This document shows positions 29,067 to 38,635 of a stretch of DNA of 64,000 nt, piece after piece. The first letter of the stretch is position 1. Each line of letters opens with the position of its first letter. The position numbers and the translations under genes were made by a program. The stretch comes from Candidatus Tayloriibacteriota bacterium (GTDB taxonomy: Bacteria > Patescibacteriota > Minisyncoccia > Phycocordibacterales > CAIZLB01). The notes under the pieces are model-generated. The model saw only the letters and a program-made list of their open reading frames with translations. It searched no databases and was not told the origin of the DNA. The stretch covers positions 9,721-73,720 of the forward strand of contig VEQN01000003.1 in assembly GCA_018883165.1 (NCBI GenBank), read 5' to 3'.

Positions 29067-30351
29067 ATATACAATTTGTATTTTGCTATTAACCGTACTA
29101 AGTATTGGTACTTTTTTTGAGAATACCTTAACTGTAGAGGCGAACGCTGAAGCTGAAGCGCTCCAGAAACTCATAGAAGAGAAGAGTAAGAACCTAGAGC
29201 AACTCAATAAGGAAATTAAATTGTATGAGGAACTTACTGACAAGACGAGCCAGGAAGCCAAAACCCTACAGGGCCTCATTAGACAACTGGAGCAAAATGC
29301 GAAGGCAATCGACTTAGATATCAGAAAGACAAATGGAAAAATTGACCTTACTAACTTAGATATCCGAAAGATAGATGGAAATATTAGTGATACTGAGTCA
29401 CGCATCCAGAAACTTCAAGACGGAATATCTGCAAGTATACGAGAAATTCAAATGGCTGAAGACCGAGGCATGATTGAACACCTTCTTAGTCAGAAAACTC
29501 TTACCGGATTTCTGTCTGAGGTTGAATACCAATTGGGATTCAACGAGGCACTCCAGGCACAAATCGGTACCATGAGAAAGCAGAAAGATATTCTTGAATC
29601 TAACAAGCATGACAAAGAGGAGAAGAAGGATGAATTAGTAAAGCTACAGAATGAACTTTCCGGAAAGAAGAAAGCTGTACTTTATACAAAAAGTGAACGT
29701 GACCGAGCACTGAAAGACACGAAGAATCAAGAAAAAAATTATCAGAAAATACTGAAAGATAAGTTAGCACTTAAAGCTGCAACTGAGAAAGAAGTGTTTG
29801 AATATGAATCAAAACTTAAATACACACTTGATCCATCAAGTATTCCACAAGCTGGTTCAAGTGCGCTTCAATGGCCGTTGGATAAAGTGAGGATTACACA
29901 AAGATTCGGAAAAACAGTTGCAGCAAGAAGACTATATGTATCAGGTTCACACAACGGTGTAGACTTTGGTGCACCCATTGGAACACCTGTAAAGTCAGCA
30001 GCGTCAGGAACTGTTATTGGCGCTGGTGACACAGACCTTACCTGCCGTGGGGCATCGTTTGGAAGATGGATTCTTGTAAGACACAACAATGGTCTCTCAT
30101 CAATTTACGCACACCTTTCAGTTATTAGCGTACAAGAAGGACAAACTGTGGCTGCTGGCGACGTAATTGGATATTCAGGAAATACAGGATATTCAACAGG
30201 TCCACATCTTCACCTTGGGGTATATGCCGCTGATGCTGTAAAGGTAGAGAACAGGCCGAGTGCAAGTTGTGGTGGAAGGGTGTATAGGATGCCTATTGCT
30301 CCTATCGATGCATACCTTGATCCAATGCTATATTTGCCCGCAACAAATTAG
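29053..30351 (+). CDS. M23 family metallopeptidase with N-terminal coiled coil (EnvC/LytM-like)
   Basis: Signal/TM segment, a long coiled coil, and a C-terminal GVDFGAPIGTPV...HLHLGVY M23 domain. The start overlaps the gltX 3' end by 14 nt. Confidence 0.75.
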   Translation: MKTLRYTICILLLTVLSIGTFFENTLTVEANAEAEALQKLIEEKSKNLEQLNKEIKLYEELTDKTSQEAKTLQGLIRQLEQNAKAIDLDIRKTNGKIDLTNLDIRKIDGNISDTESRIQKLQDGISASIREIQMAEDRGMIEHLLSQKTLTGFLSEVEYQLGFNEALQAQIGTMRKQKDILESNKHDKEEKKDELVKLQNELSGKKKAVLYTKSERDRALKDTKNQEKNYQKILKDKLALKAATEKEVFEYESKLKYTLDPSSIPQAGSSALQWPLDKVRITQRFGKTVAARRLYVSGSHNGVDFGAPIGTPVKSAASGTVIGAGDTDLTCRGASFGRWILVRHNNGLSSIYAHLSVISVQEGQTVAAGDVIGYSGNTGYSTGPHLHLGVYAADAVKVENRPSASCGGRVYRMPIAPIDAYLDPMLYLPATN

Positions 30352-30410
30352 ATGAGTCAATAGGGAAAAATTAGGTTTTTTCACAGTATATTTGTTAAAA
30401 TTATATACAT

Positions 30411-32318
30411 ATGTGCGGCATCGCAGGAACACTCGGAAAAAAAGAACACACCTCAAAACTCATCGACAAGATGGTCGATATCATTACACATAGAGGTCCG
30501 GATGATCGTGGCACACTCATTACAGACTCGTTTGCATTTGGTATGCGACGACTCTCAATCATCGACCTCTCACATGGACACCAGCCAATATGGAACGAGG
30601 ATGAGACGGTCTGTGTAGTATTTAATGGAGAGATATATAACTACAGAGAACTACGACCCGAATTAATCTCTCTTGGTCACAAGTTCAAGACTGAAAGCGA
30701 TACCGAAGGTCTTGTACATTTATATGAACAATACGGGAGAGATATGCTCATGAAACTTCGTGGTATGTTTGGTTTTTGTATATACGACAAAAAGAAAAAT
30801 GAGCTTTTCATTGCAAGAGATCATTTCGGTATAAAGCCAATATATTACAGAGTAGATTCTGTATACAACAAATCAAAAAAAGTGTATGAACAAAAGTTTG
30901 TAAGCTTCGGATCAGAGATTAAAAGTCTGCTTGAAGATGCCGCCTACAAACCCATCATAAACGATGAAGCTGTTCTCAACTATCTCTCATTTCAATACAA
31001 TCCACTCGAGGAGACCATGTTTAAAGATATATATAAGCTTCCACCTGGTCACTATATGAAAGTAAACCTAGCTGATGGAACATTTAAAATATCAGAATAT
31101 TGGAGGTATACATTTCATGACACATTTGAAAACAGTGAAAAGAAACTTAAGGAAGGTAACATTGTAGAAGACAAACTCGCTAAGGATATCAAACAAATAG
31201 TAGAGGACTCTGTACAACACCATATGATTAGTGATGTGCCGGTTGGATCATTTCTTTCAGGAGGAGTGGATAGTGGAATAATTGTCTCAACAATGCAAGC
31301 GCAGAGAAAGAAAATGGGGCAACCAACCGTTTCAACATTCACTATTGGTTTTGACCATGTTAGTGAACACAACGAGGCACGACAAGTTTCAGATGCACAG
31401 AAAACTGACCATACGGAAGTTAAAGTTAACTTTGATACATATTTTAACGAACTTCCTAAAATCGCATGGCACTTTGATGAACCAGTGGCTGACCCATCAG
31501 CTGTGGCTTTGTATTTCCTTGCGAAGGAAGCGAGAAAAAAAGTAAAGGTAGTTCTTTCTGGAGAAGGAGCAGATGAACTCTTCGGTGGATACAACATATA
31601 CCGAGAACCGTTTGCAACACACGTCATTGACAGGCTTCCAAATTTTGTAAAAAAATATATTCTAAAACCACTCGCAAAACTACCATTTGAAATATATGGT
31701 CTTAACTATATCAAAAGATCACTCATTCCTCTCGAAGAGAGATATATTGGAAATGCAAATATTTTTAAAGAGAACGAAATTCGTAGACTATACAAAGGGA
31801 GTATTCCAAAAAGAATCAATATGTCACCCTACTTCAGTACCGTATCTGAACAAAGTGATTCTCGGAAAATGCAGCACATTGATATGAACTTTTGGTTACC
31901 AGGAGACATCTTAGCTAAAGCAGACAAGATGACCATGGCACATTCCCTTGAACTTCGTGTACCATTTCTAGATATCGAGGTGAGTAAAATATCAGCAATG
32001 ATTCCAGATACACTTAAATATAAAGACGGGACTACGAAATATATTCTTAGAAAAGCATTCCAGTCTATTCTTCCTAAAGAAACTGCGGGTAGAAAGAAAT
32101 TAGGATTTCCAACTCCAATTCGAAACTGGCTAAAAGAAAGACCAGAAGACATAAAAAATATCATTGTCGAAAACCCATATATTCAGTCACAATTTAATGT
32201 GGAATACATTGACACATTGATTAGTGACCATGTGAAAGGGAAGAGAGACACCTCAAGAAAGGTATATGTACTTTTGATGTTTTCTTTGTGGTATAATGCA
32301 TTCATAGCGGAGAAGTAA
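30411..32318 (+). CDS. asnB: asparagine synthase (glutamine-hydrolysing)
   Basis: MCGIAG Ntn nucleophile and SGGVDSG PP-loop. Confidence 0.9.
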   Translation: MCGIAGTLGKKEHTSKLIDKMVDIITHRGPDDRGTLITDSFAFGMRRLSIIDLSHGHQPIWNEDETVCVVFNGEIYNYRELRPELISLGHKFKTESDTEGLVHLYEQYGRDMLMKLRGMFGFCIYDKKKNELFIARDHFGIKPIYYRVDSVYNKSKKVYEQKFVSFGSEIKSLLEDAAYKPIINDEAVLNYLSFQYNPLEETMFKDIYKLPPGHYMKVNLADGTFKISEYWRYTFHDTFENSEKKLKEGNIVEDKLAKDIKQIVEDSVQHHMISDVPVGSFLSGGVDSGIIVSTMQAQRKKMGQPTVSTFTIGFDHVSEHNEARQVSDAQKTDHTEVKVNFDTYFNELPKIAWHFDEPVADPSAVALYFLAKEARKKVKVVLSGEGADELFGGYNIYREPFATHVIDRLPNFVKKYILKPLAKLPFEIYGLNYIKRSLIPLEERYIGNANIFKENEIRRLYKGSIPKRINMSPYFSTVSEQSDSRKMQHIDMNFWLPGDILAKADKMTMAHSLELRVPFLDIEVSKISAMIPDTLKYKDGTTKYILRKAFQSILPKETAGRKKLGFPTPIRNWLKERPEDIKNIIVENPYIQSQFNVEYIDTLISDHVKGKRDTSRKVYVLLMFSLWYNAFIAEK

Positions 32319-32319
32319 C

Positions 32320-32547
32320 ATGAAATTTATCCCAACAACAAACAAAGAGAAACAGAAAGGTATACTTGAAATCGTAGTTGTAATCATAATTGCACTTGTT
32401 CTTCTTCGAGTGCTTGGAATAAATATCTCAGAAGTGCTTGCGAAGCCATGGGTCCGAGACTTCGCAACATACACAATCAGCATGCTTAAACTTGTATGGC
32501 AAGATGTTCTAGAGATTGTTGCTTTCGTTAAGGACTTAGCAGCATAA
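32320..32547 (+). CDS. hypothetical small membrane protein
   Basis: 75 aa with one TM helix (ILEIVVVIIIALVLLRVLGI). Confidence 0.4.
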   Translation: MKFIPTTNKEKQKGILEIVVVIIIALVLLRVLGINISEVLAKPWVRDFATYTISMLKLVWQDVLEIVAFVKDLAA

Positions 32548-32557
32548 ACAACATAGT

Positions 32558-33259
32558 ATGCATGAAGGAATACACAACGACGATCCTTCTTTCGAAACAA
32601 AGGAGTCGAGTACGGATGGAACAACTATTGATTCAGAAAGATCTGTTACCATTGATACACCAACCCTAGCCAAGAACGATAGAACAAAGATTGCAGAAAT
32701 AAGGGATGCCTTGGCAGAGAATTCTTCTGAGGATGATCAGATTATTCCAAAACACAGCACCATTCCGAGCGCAGAGAATACTAACGTACGACCAACCAAA
32801 AAAGAAGGAGTGTTGCAAACACTGAGGTCATTTTTCAAAGAATTGATGAAGGGTGAAAAAATGAAAACTAATATTATCTATCAACCTGATAGACTTTATA
32901 GAACAATTGGAAAATTAGGGTACGAAGAATTTTTAACTAACGGAACCATAGAATCAAAGAACAAGCGTAAATATGCAGATGTCTCGTTTAACGTTGGCGA
33001 ACCTGCTAACTTGTATTTACGTAAAGATCCTTCATATATATTGGAAGCAACAGCAGAGGCAGCAAATTTTAAACCTAAAATAAATATATACGATCCTACA
33101 CACAGGGAATTAACTGAGTTGCCATACAGAGGATGTGAACCTGGAGAAATCACTAAAGATTCTCCGATAAGAATATTTGAACTAACAAATGAACCTGGAG
33201 TATACAAGGTAGTCTTTGATAACATACATGATCCAGCACTAGAGGATACAGCTGTGTAA
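32558..33259 (+). CDS. hypothetical protein
   Basis: 233 aa with an acidic, disordered N-terminus. No motif recognised. Confidence 0.45.
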   Translation: MHEGIHNDDPSFETKESSTDGTTIDSERSVTIDTPTLAKNDRTKIAEIRDALAENSSEDDQIIPKHSTIPSAENTNVRPTKKEGVLQTLRSFFKELMKGEKMKTNIIYQPDRLYRTIGKLGYEEFLTNGTIESKNKRKYADVSFNVGEPANLYLRKDPSYILEATAEAANFKPKINIYDPTHRELTELPYRGCEPGEITKDSPIRIFELTNEPGVYKVVFDNIHDPALEDTAV

Positions 33260-33274
33260 ACTACCATATACAAA

Positions 33275-33288
33275 AGAACGTTCGTTCT
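33275..33288 (+). promoter_or_regulatory. Cheo-type LexA box (AGAAC-N4-GTTCT) overlapping -10 TATAAT
   Basis: AGAACGTTCGTTCT palindrome, immediately followed by TATAAT at 33290-33295, 9 nt upstream of lexA. Confidence 0.5.
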
Positions 33289-33303
33289 GTATAATATAGG
33301 TAT

Positions 33304-33894
33304 ATGCCTAAAGTACATATTGATTTACAAACTGCACAAAAACAAATATATACATTCTTTAGTACCCACAAAAGAATGCCGTCATATCAGGAAATCTGCA
33401 CCATATGCAAACTTGGATCTAAAAATACTGCGCATACGTTGGTGCAGAAGCTCAAAGCAACCGGAGCACTCGAAACAGACAAACTCGGTAAAATACTACC
33501 AACCAAACATAAACAATCTTCAATAAAACTTCTTGGCTTAGTAGAAGCTGGATTTCCAACACCAAGCGAAGAATCACTTCATGAGCAGATATCTCTCGAT
33601 GATTGGGTTATACAAAAGAAAGAATCAAGCTACATGCTCAAAGTTAAAGGGGATTCAATGAAAGATGCAGGTATTCTAGATGGTGATATGGTCATTGTCG
33701 AGAGAACAACTACACCTAAAATAGGTCAAATTGTTGTAGCAGAGATAGATGGATCATACACCTTGAAATACCTCAGGAAAGGATCGTCTAGGTATTTCCT
33801 TGAAGCAGCAAACAGCAAGTACAAGCCGATGTACCCAACTGAAGAACTGCAAATAATTGCGGTAGTGAAAGCTGTTGTTAGAAAATATGCGTAA
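33304..33894 (+). CDS. lexA: LexA repressor
   Basis: N-terminal wHTH, VEAG cleavage site, and S24 Ser/Lys dyad (GDSM ... TLKYLRK). Confidence 0.8.
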   Translation: MPKVHIDLQTAQKQIYTFFSTHKRMPSYQEICTICKLGSKNTAHTLVQKLKATGALETDKLGKILPTKHKQSSIKLLGLVEAGFPTPSEESLHEQISLDDWVIQKKESSYMLKVKGDSMKDAGILDGDMVIVERTTTPKIGQIVVAEIDGSYTLKYLRKGSSRYFLEAANSKYKPMYPTEELQIIAVVKAVVRKYA

Positions 33895-35131
33895 CAATCC
33901 TGTAGACAAATACATCCTGCATGTAGACGGAGACAACTTCTTTGTGTCTTGTGAACTTCAAAGATTTCCACATCTCAAAGGCACCCCCGTTGTTGTTGGT
34001 GAAGAACGTGGTATCGCTTCTGCAATGAGCCCAGAAGCAAAAAAGATGGGTATCACTCGTGGTATGCCCATATTCCAGATACGTGCCAAATACAAGAATG
34101 TCACTGTACTGCCAGCACACTTTGAACTATACGAGCAATATAACCAAAAGATGTACGATATTTTGTGTCGATATTCAAATACTGTTGAACGATACAGTAT
34201 AGACGAGTGTTTTGCTGTGATATATGACAAGAATATACTATCTAGAATCAAAAAGGAGGCCGAAGAGGCTCTTGGTATTACATTGTCATTTGGACTGGCT
34301 ACCACAAAGACGTTGGCAAAGATTGCCTCGAAGAAGGAGAAACCGAGTGGGTGTGTATCATTCATTAACACAGACGTGACAGAGATACTCAAACAAACTC
34401 CAATAGGGAGCGTGTGGGGAATCGGAAGAGCAATCAGTGCTGAGCTCACTGGATACAACATACATACAGCATATGACTTCACACAAGCAGGGAGGCAGTT
34501 TGTAGAGAAAAACTTTGGGTCAAATACACTTGAAACCTGGTATGAGTTACAGGGTATAGAACAGAAACCAGTTGAAAGTTCGTATGGTTTACCGGGTGGA
34601 CAAAAATCATTTCAATCAACAAGATCATTTGGATACAGCACAAAAGAACGAACGTTCTTATTATCAGAACTATGTACCCATACCGAAATACTATGCAAAC
34701 GACTTCGAATGGCAGACTTGCAGACTAATCATTTTAGTTTCTTTCTTAAGAAAAATACTGATCACAACAGGTATCTGAGTATAGAACTTGATATTGGATT
34801 TTATACCAACAATCCAAGCCATATCTACGGAATGATTCTAGAATCGTTCAAAGAGATATATTCGAGTATCTACGCATACAAAGGTACAGGTGTATCCATG
34901 CACAGGGTTCGACCTACAGAGACCATACAAGCAGACCTATTTGGTGTGCAGAATACCGTACAAGCACAGAATGCGTTTCTAGACGTATTGGATGAACTAC
35001 AAGATGATTCGGTACATTTGTTGGCAAGCCTGGAATCAAGGCGTGTACGTAAGGAGAAAGAAGATATCAGGAACAAGAGAAACAGATTCATATATGGATT
35101 GCCGTTGCCATACATGGGAGAAGTCTCATAG
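33887..35131 (+). CDS. Y-family translesion DNA polymerase (DinB/UmuC)
   Basis: LHVDGDNFFVSCE, SIDECF and the palm/fingers/little-finger layout. Overlaps the lexA 3' end. Confidence 0.85.
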   Translation: MRNNPVDKYILHVDGDNFFVSCELQRFPHLKGTPVVVGEERGIASAMSPEAKKMGITRGMPIFQIRAKYKNVTVLPAHFELYEQYNQKMYDILCRYSNTVERYSIDECFAVIYDKNILSRIKKEAEEALGITLSFGLATTKTLAKIASKKEKPSGCVSFINTDVTEILKQTPIGSVWGIGRAISAELTGYNIHTAYDFTQAGRQFVEKNFGSNTLETWYELQGIEQKPVESSYGLPGGQKSFQSTRSFGYSTKERTFLLSELCTHTEILCKRLRMADLQTNHFSFFLKKNTDHNRYLSIELDIGFYTNNPSHIYGMILESFKEIYSSIYAYKGTGVSMHRVRPTETIQADLFGVQNTVQAQNAFLDVLDELQDDSVHLLASLESRRVRKEKEDIRNKRNRFIYGLPLPYMGEVS

Positions 35132-35261
35132 CTGGGTTTATGTATGGAATGAGGCTTTTCAATATATATTATGTCGGAAAAGATATATTGTGCGACATAT
35201 ATAAATACCGAAGGGTCTTATCCCCGCAGACCAAAAAGCCCGCATTGTTTACATTCTCTGC

Positions 35262-36593
35262 GTGCTATACTTTTACACAATTGAACATATTATGTGGCGA
35301 GATTTTTTTATAAAAAATAATTCTGTAATTTACATTTTAGGTTTTATATTCATCATTCAACTTGGGATGACTATAAACCTCAAAGCACTCGCGGATGAAT
35401 TCCCCCACTATTGGCAAATCAAGGAGTACGCATACATACCGGAAGGATCTGTAATTATAAATAAAGCGATAACTACACCAACACACATACACAATCTTAT
35501 CGGAAAAGTTGTACACCTCGGAAGCAAATTAGAGATTGGTAAGGCATTAACAAAGGCTGGCATTTTTGAAAAAACTGACGCATTTGATCTGTTTCTTTCA
35601 AGAGGGGTGGTCACAACTCTCATATTTCTAACCCTGTTGTATCTTTCATATATCGCACGAAGTAATAAATTGAATACAAACTACATATTACTTGCACTTG
35701 TAACAATCCCTATCACTCTCCCGTACATTCCACTCATCTATACAGACATCCTTGCGGTATCATTGATTGCACTTTCATTCGTAACTGGATATACCGGGAA
35801 ATACTTTCAAAGCGCAATATCTATTTCTTTAGCAGTCCTCATACGTCAACCATCGATAGTATGGATACTACCGATTTTGTTTTTAATCTCGAGAGACGCC
35901 CAAGGATTGAAAGAAAAGTTTAAAGTCAGTATATACCACCTACTCGTGTGTATATCATTCATAGTCTTCTTCATACTAAACAAAGGAGTTGCACTTGGTG
36001 ATCGTACATCCCATGAGATATCACTCAATCTCTCTAATATATGGTTCTTTAGCTTTGTCTTTTTTGTTACTACAATAGGGTACTTCTACCCTGCCCTAAA
36101 AAAAGCGTATGCTCTTGTATTGAAACTAAACACAAAAAAATATATTGCTCATTTAATAGGTACCATGTGCACATTAGGCATATTCCTTTTGTATTTCTAC
36201 ACATATGAGATACACCATCAATACAATACTCGTAGCTACGGATGGTTTCTTCGAAACCGGCTTTTAGATATCTCTACCAATATCCTTTGGGCGAAAACAC
36301 TGTTCGGTATATTCTCCGTATGTGGACTAATAATGTTCCTTGCCCAAGCCTTTTCAGCAAAACACAAAGTATCTGAATATATCTTTAAAGTAACCGCGTT
36401 GGTATCCATATCAGCAATGCCACTCATTGAACAAAGATACTACATCCCAATATTTATTATATCCGGATTCTATCTTTCTATATCAGAGAAAGGATTTAAA
36501 CTACACACACCAGCTCTAGTTCAAACCATGTTTAATATTATTATAGGTGTGTGTTTCTTCTACGGTATTACACATATTAAATTCTTCTTGTAA
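35262..36593 (+). CDS. polytopic membrane protein, possible GT-C-type glycosyltransferase
   Basis: 443 aa with about 12 TM helices. The first extracytoplasmic loop contains an ADE motif. Confidence 0.45.
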   Translation: MLYFYTIEHIMWRDFFIKNNSVIYILGFIFIIQLGMTINLKALADEFPHYWQIKEYAYIPEGSVIINKAITTPTHIHNLIGKVVHLGSKLEIGKALTKAGIFEKTDAFDLFLSRGVVTTLIFLTLLYLSYIARSNKLNTNYILLALVTIPITLPYIPLIYTDILAVSLIALSFVTGYTGKYFQSAISISLAVLIRQPSIVWILPILFLISRDAQGLKEKFKVSIYHLLVCISFIVFFILNKGVALGDRTSHEISLNLSNIWFFSFVFFVTTIGYFYPALKKAYALVLKLNTKKYIAHLIGTMCTLGIFLLYFYTYEIHHQYNTRSYGWFLRNRLLDISTNILWAKTLFGIFSVCGLIMFLAQAFSAKHKVSEYIFKVTALVSISAMPLIEQRYYIPIFIISGFYLSISEKGFKLHTPALVQTMFNIIIGVCFFYGITHIKFFL

Positions 36594-36595
36594 AC

Positions 36596-36625
36596 AAAAA
36601 GGCCTCATTGCTGAGGTCTTTTTGT
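36596..36625. terminator. bidirectional rho-independent terminator
   Basis: CAAAAAGGCCTCAttgcTGAGGTCTTTTTG, lying between convergent genes. Confidence 0.55.
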
Positions 36626-36645
36626 GAAGGGGCGAGACCTTAATA

Positions 36646-37173
36646 TTATTTCTCTGCTAATACTGGATTTGTGTTGAACATCGCTTTCGCAACATCAGAC
36701 TTCATCCAACATGGAGCTGAAGATTTCCAAGGCTGTGAACCTTTTTCAGAGTACAAAAGTTTTCCGTACTCAAGATTACCTTCAACTGTGTAGATATTAA
36801 TATTAAGTTTTTTTGCTCGCTCAAGGTGATAGAATTCATTTATCTGCATAACGCCAACATCTTTGTTGTTCACTACACCTCTAAATGTACTACCATCCCT
36901 GTTGAACTGACGATATCGAGATTCACATTTAGCAATTTCTGCCATCAGAGGAATATCTTTAAAATATTCTCTTGTGAACGACTCAATACCTTCGTTCGGG
37001 TTAGTCTCTTTTTGAGACTTATTACCCCCTTGATTTGAAGTTGTCTGGGTTGTTGTCCTGCCTACCGCTGCCTGCGTGCTGGACGCCGCGACTACTTCTG
37101 GTTTAGCAACAATGGTCTGATTCTGTACTGCGGGCGTATCTGTCGCCATCATTCCAGAGACCACCATTGCCAT
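36646..37173 (-). CDS. Rpf/SLT-type transglycosylase-like (lysozyme-like) domain protein
   Basis: AKCESRYRQF...GVMQIN...WKSSAPCW resembles the transglycosylase-like domain (AECES...GGVQF...WPxC). Confidence 0.55.
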   Translation of the reverse strand: MAMVVSGMMATDTPAVQNQTIVAKPEVVAASSTQAAVGRTTTQTTSNQGGNKSQKETNPNEGIESFTREYFKDIPLMAEIAKCESRYRQFNRDGSTFRGVVNNKDVGVMQINEFYHLERAKKLNINIYTVEGNLEYGKLLYSEKGSQPWKSSAPCWMKSDVAKAMFNTNPVLAEK

Positions 37174-37419
37174 ACCGATCGTGAGTTGTAAAATAAGCCG
37201 AAATTTAGCTGGTAATGTGTACGCCGATTACTGAGTATCAGTACACTTGCACTAAAATTTAAAAAGCACCTATGTGCTTTATGCCAATATAGTAGCATGT
37301 CACCCCCTTTTTTGTCAACGAAATTGATGCAAAAATGGCTTTTGTAATACAATTTATGTGGCTAAAAATAAAGGTATAATTGATAGATATACCTTTACAA
37401 AATGACAATATATTGTATT

Positions 37420-37641
37420 CTATTTTATACCCTTTTGCAGGCCCTCAAGCACCTTAGCTGCTCGGTCCACTTTCTCTATCTCCTCCCTATCACACTGTAC
37501 CAAAATAGGGGTTTTCTCCCCTATCCTACCTACCAAAAACACCCCTAAACCTATTGAACACACCAAGAAAGAAAGGTTTAAGACTAGTAAGATTCTGGTG
37601 AGTCTTATTTTCGCATCTGGGGTATTGAATAATATAGTCAT
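37420..37641 (-). CDS. hypothetical small membrane protein
   Basis: 73 aa with one TM helix. Confidence 0.3.
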   Translation of the reverse strand: MTILFNTPDAKIRLTRILLVLNLSFLVCSIGLGVFLVGRIGEKTPILVQCDREEIEKVDRAAKVLEGLQKGIK

Positions 37642-37770
37642 TTGGTATATACTCTTCCTTGCTACTTTCGGTATAGAGCTTCAATAGCTTAAGACGAGTT
37701 ACCTTAAGGAAGCTTGAATTATATATAAAAAGCTCTAACTGAAGCTTCAATTAATTATTACTAATACACT

Positions 37771-38043
37771 ATGGCAACCAAAAAAGCTGCCGGTTCGGCA
37801 AAAAACTTAAGAGATTCAAACCCACAGTATCTTGGTATCAAGCTATACGGAGGTGAAAAAGCATCAGCAGGTGCAATCATCGTTCGACAGCGAGGTAACA
37901 AAATTACAGCTGGTAAGAATGTAGGCATGGGCAAAGACCACACACTCTACGCTCTCAAAGAAGGTATTGTGAAGTATGGATCAAAGCGAGTTGTATCTTT
38001 CGATAACACAACAAAGGTTAAGAAAGTTGCTCACGTTGAATAA
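37771..38043 (+). CDS. rpmA: 50S ribosomal protein L27
   Basis: MATKKAAGS...[16 protein letters not shown] matches L27. Confidence 0.9.
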   Translation: MATKKAAGSAKNLRDSNPQYLGIKLYGGEKASAGAIIVRQRGNKITAGKNVGMGKDHTLYALKEGIVKYGSKRVVSFDNTTKVKKVAHVE

Positions 38044-38055
38044 GTAACTCTTACA

Positions 38056-38092
38056 CAAAAAGACCACAGGGATTACCTGAGGTCTTTTTGTT
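38056..38092. terminator. bidirectional rho-independent terminator
   Basis: CAAAAAGACCacagggattaccTGAGGTCTTTTTG. Shares the CTGAGGTCTTTTTG 3' half with the terminator at 36596. Confidence 0.5.
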
Positions 38093-38113
38093 ATATATCT
38101 TACCTAACGTAGA

Positions 38114-38560
38114 TTATTCGAGAGCCTTGAGTACAACAGTAAACTCAGCTGACTTGTTCTGAACTTTCACTTCAATCTTATGCTCACCAAGCTCTTTGAT
38201 TGGCTTATCAAGCACAATGTATTCAGGAAGAATATCAAGTCGAGCCTGATCTTTAAGTGCTGAAACTAGTTCTTCCTTGTGAATCCCAGCAAACAAATGA
38301 CCTTTGTCATTAGCCTTACCGTGAATTTCAATTGAAGTACCAGCGATATCCTTGAAGTTCTTAAGCAGAAGCTCTTCTTGTACCTGTCGGTCAGCTTCTT
38401 CAGCAGCTTTTAATACTTTCACTCGCTCAAGCGCTTTAGGTGTAGCATTTTCAGCAAGTCCTTTTGGGAACAATGCATTCATAGCGAATCCTTCAGAAAC
38501 GTTGATTACGTCGAATTTTCGTCCAATTTTCGGAACTGATTTTAATAGAATTACTTTCAT
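38114..38560 (-). CDS. rplI: 50S ribosomal protein L9
   Basis: MKVILLKSVPKIGRKFDVINVSEGFAMNALFPKGLA matches L9. Confidence 0.9.
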   Translation of the reverse strand: MKVILLKSVPKIGRKFDVINVSEGFAMNALFPKGLAENATPKALERVKVLKAAEEADRQVQEELLLKNFKDIAGTSIEIHGKANDKGHLFAGIHKEELVSALKDQARLDILPEYIVLDKPIKELGEHKIEVKVQNKSAEFTVVLKALE

Positions 38561-38635
38561 TGATTGAATATGATGATTAACAAATCTGCTGTATCACTAG
38601 AGATATGCAGTACTGGCTACTGTAGCACAAATGGC

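Noticed and set aside
33304-33894. Calling the LexA-like gene umuD, as part of a umuDC-type pair with the downstream polymerase
   Set aside because: The protein is 196 aa with an N-terminal winged-HTH DNA-binding domain. UmuD lacks this domain and is about 140 aa. Together with the upstream Cheo box, this supports a bona fide LexA.
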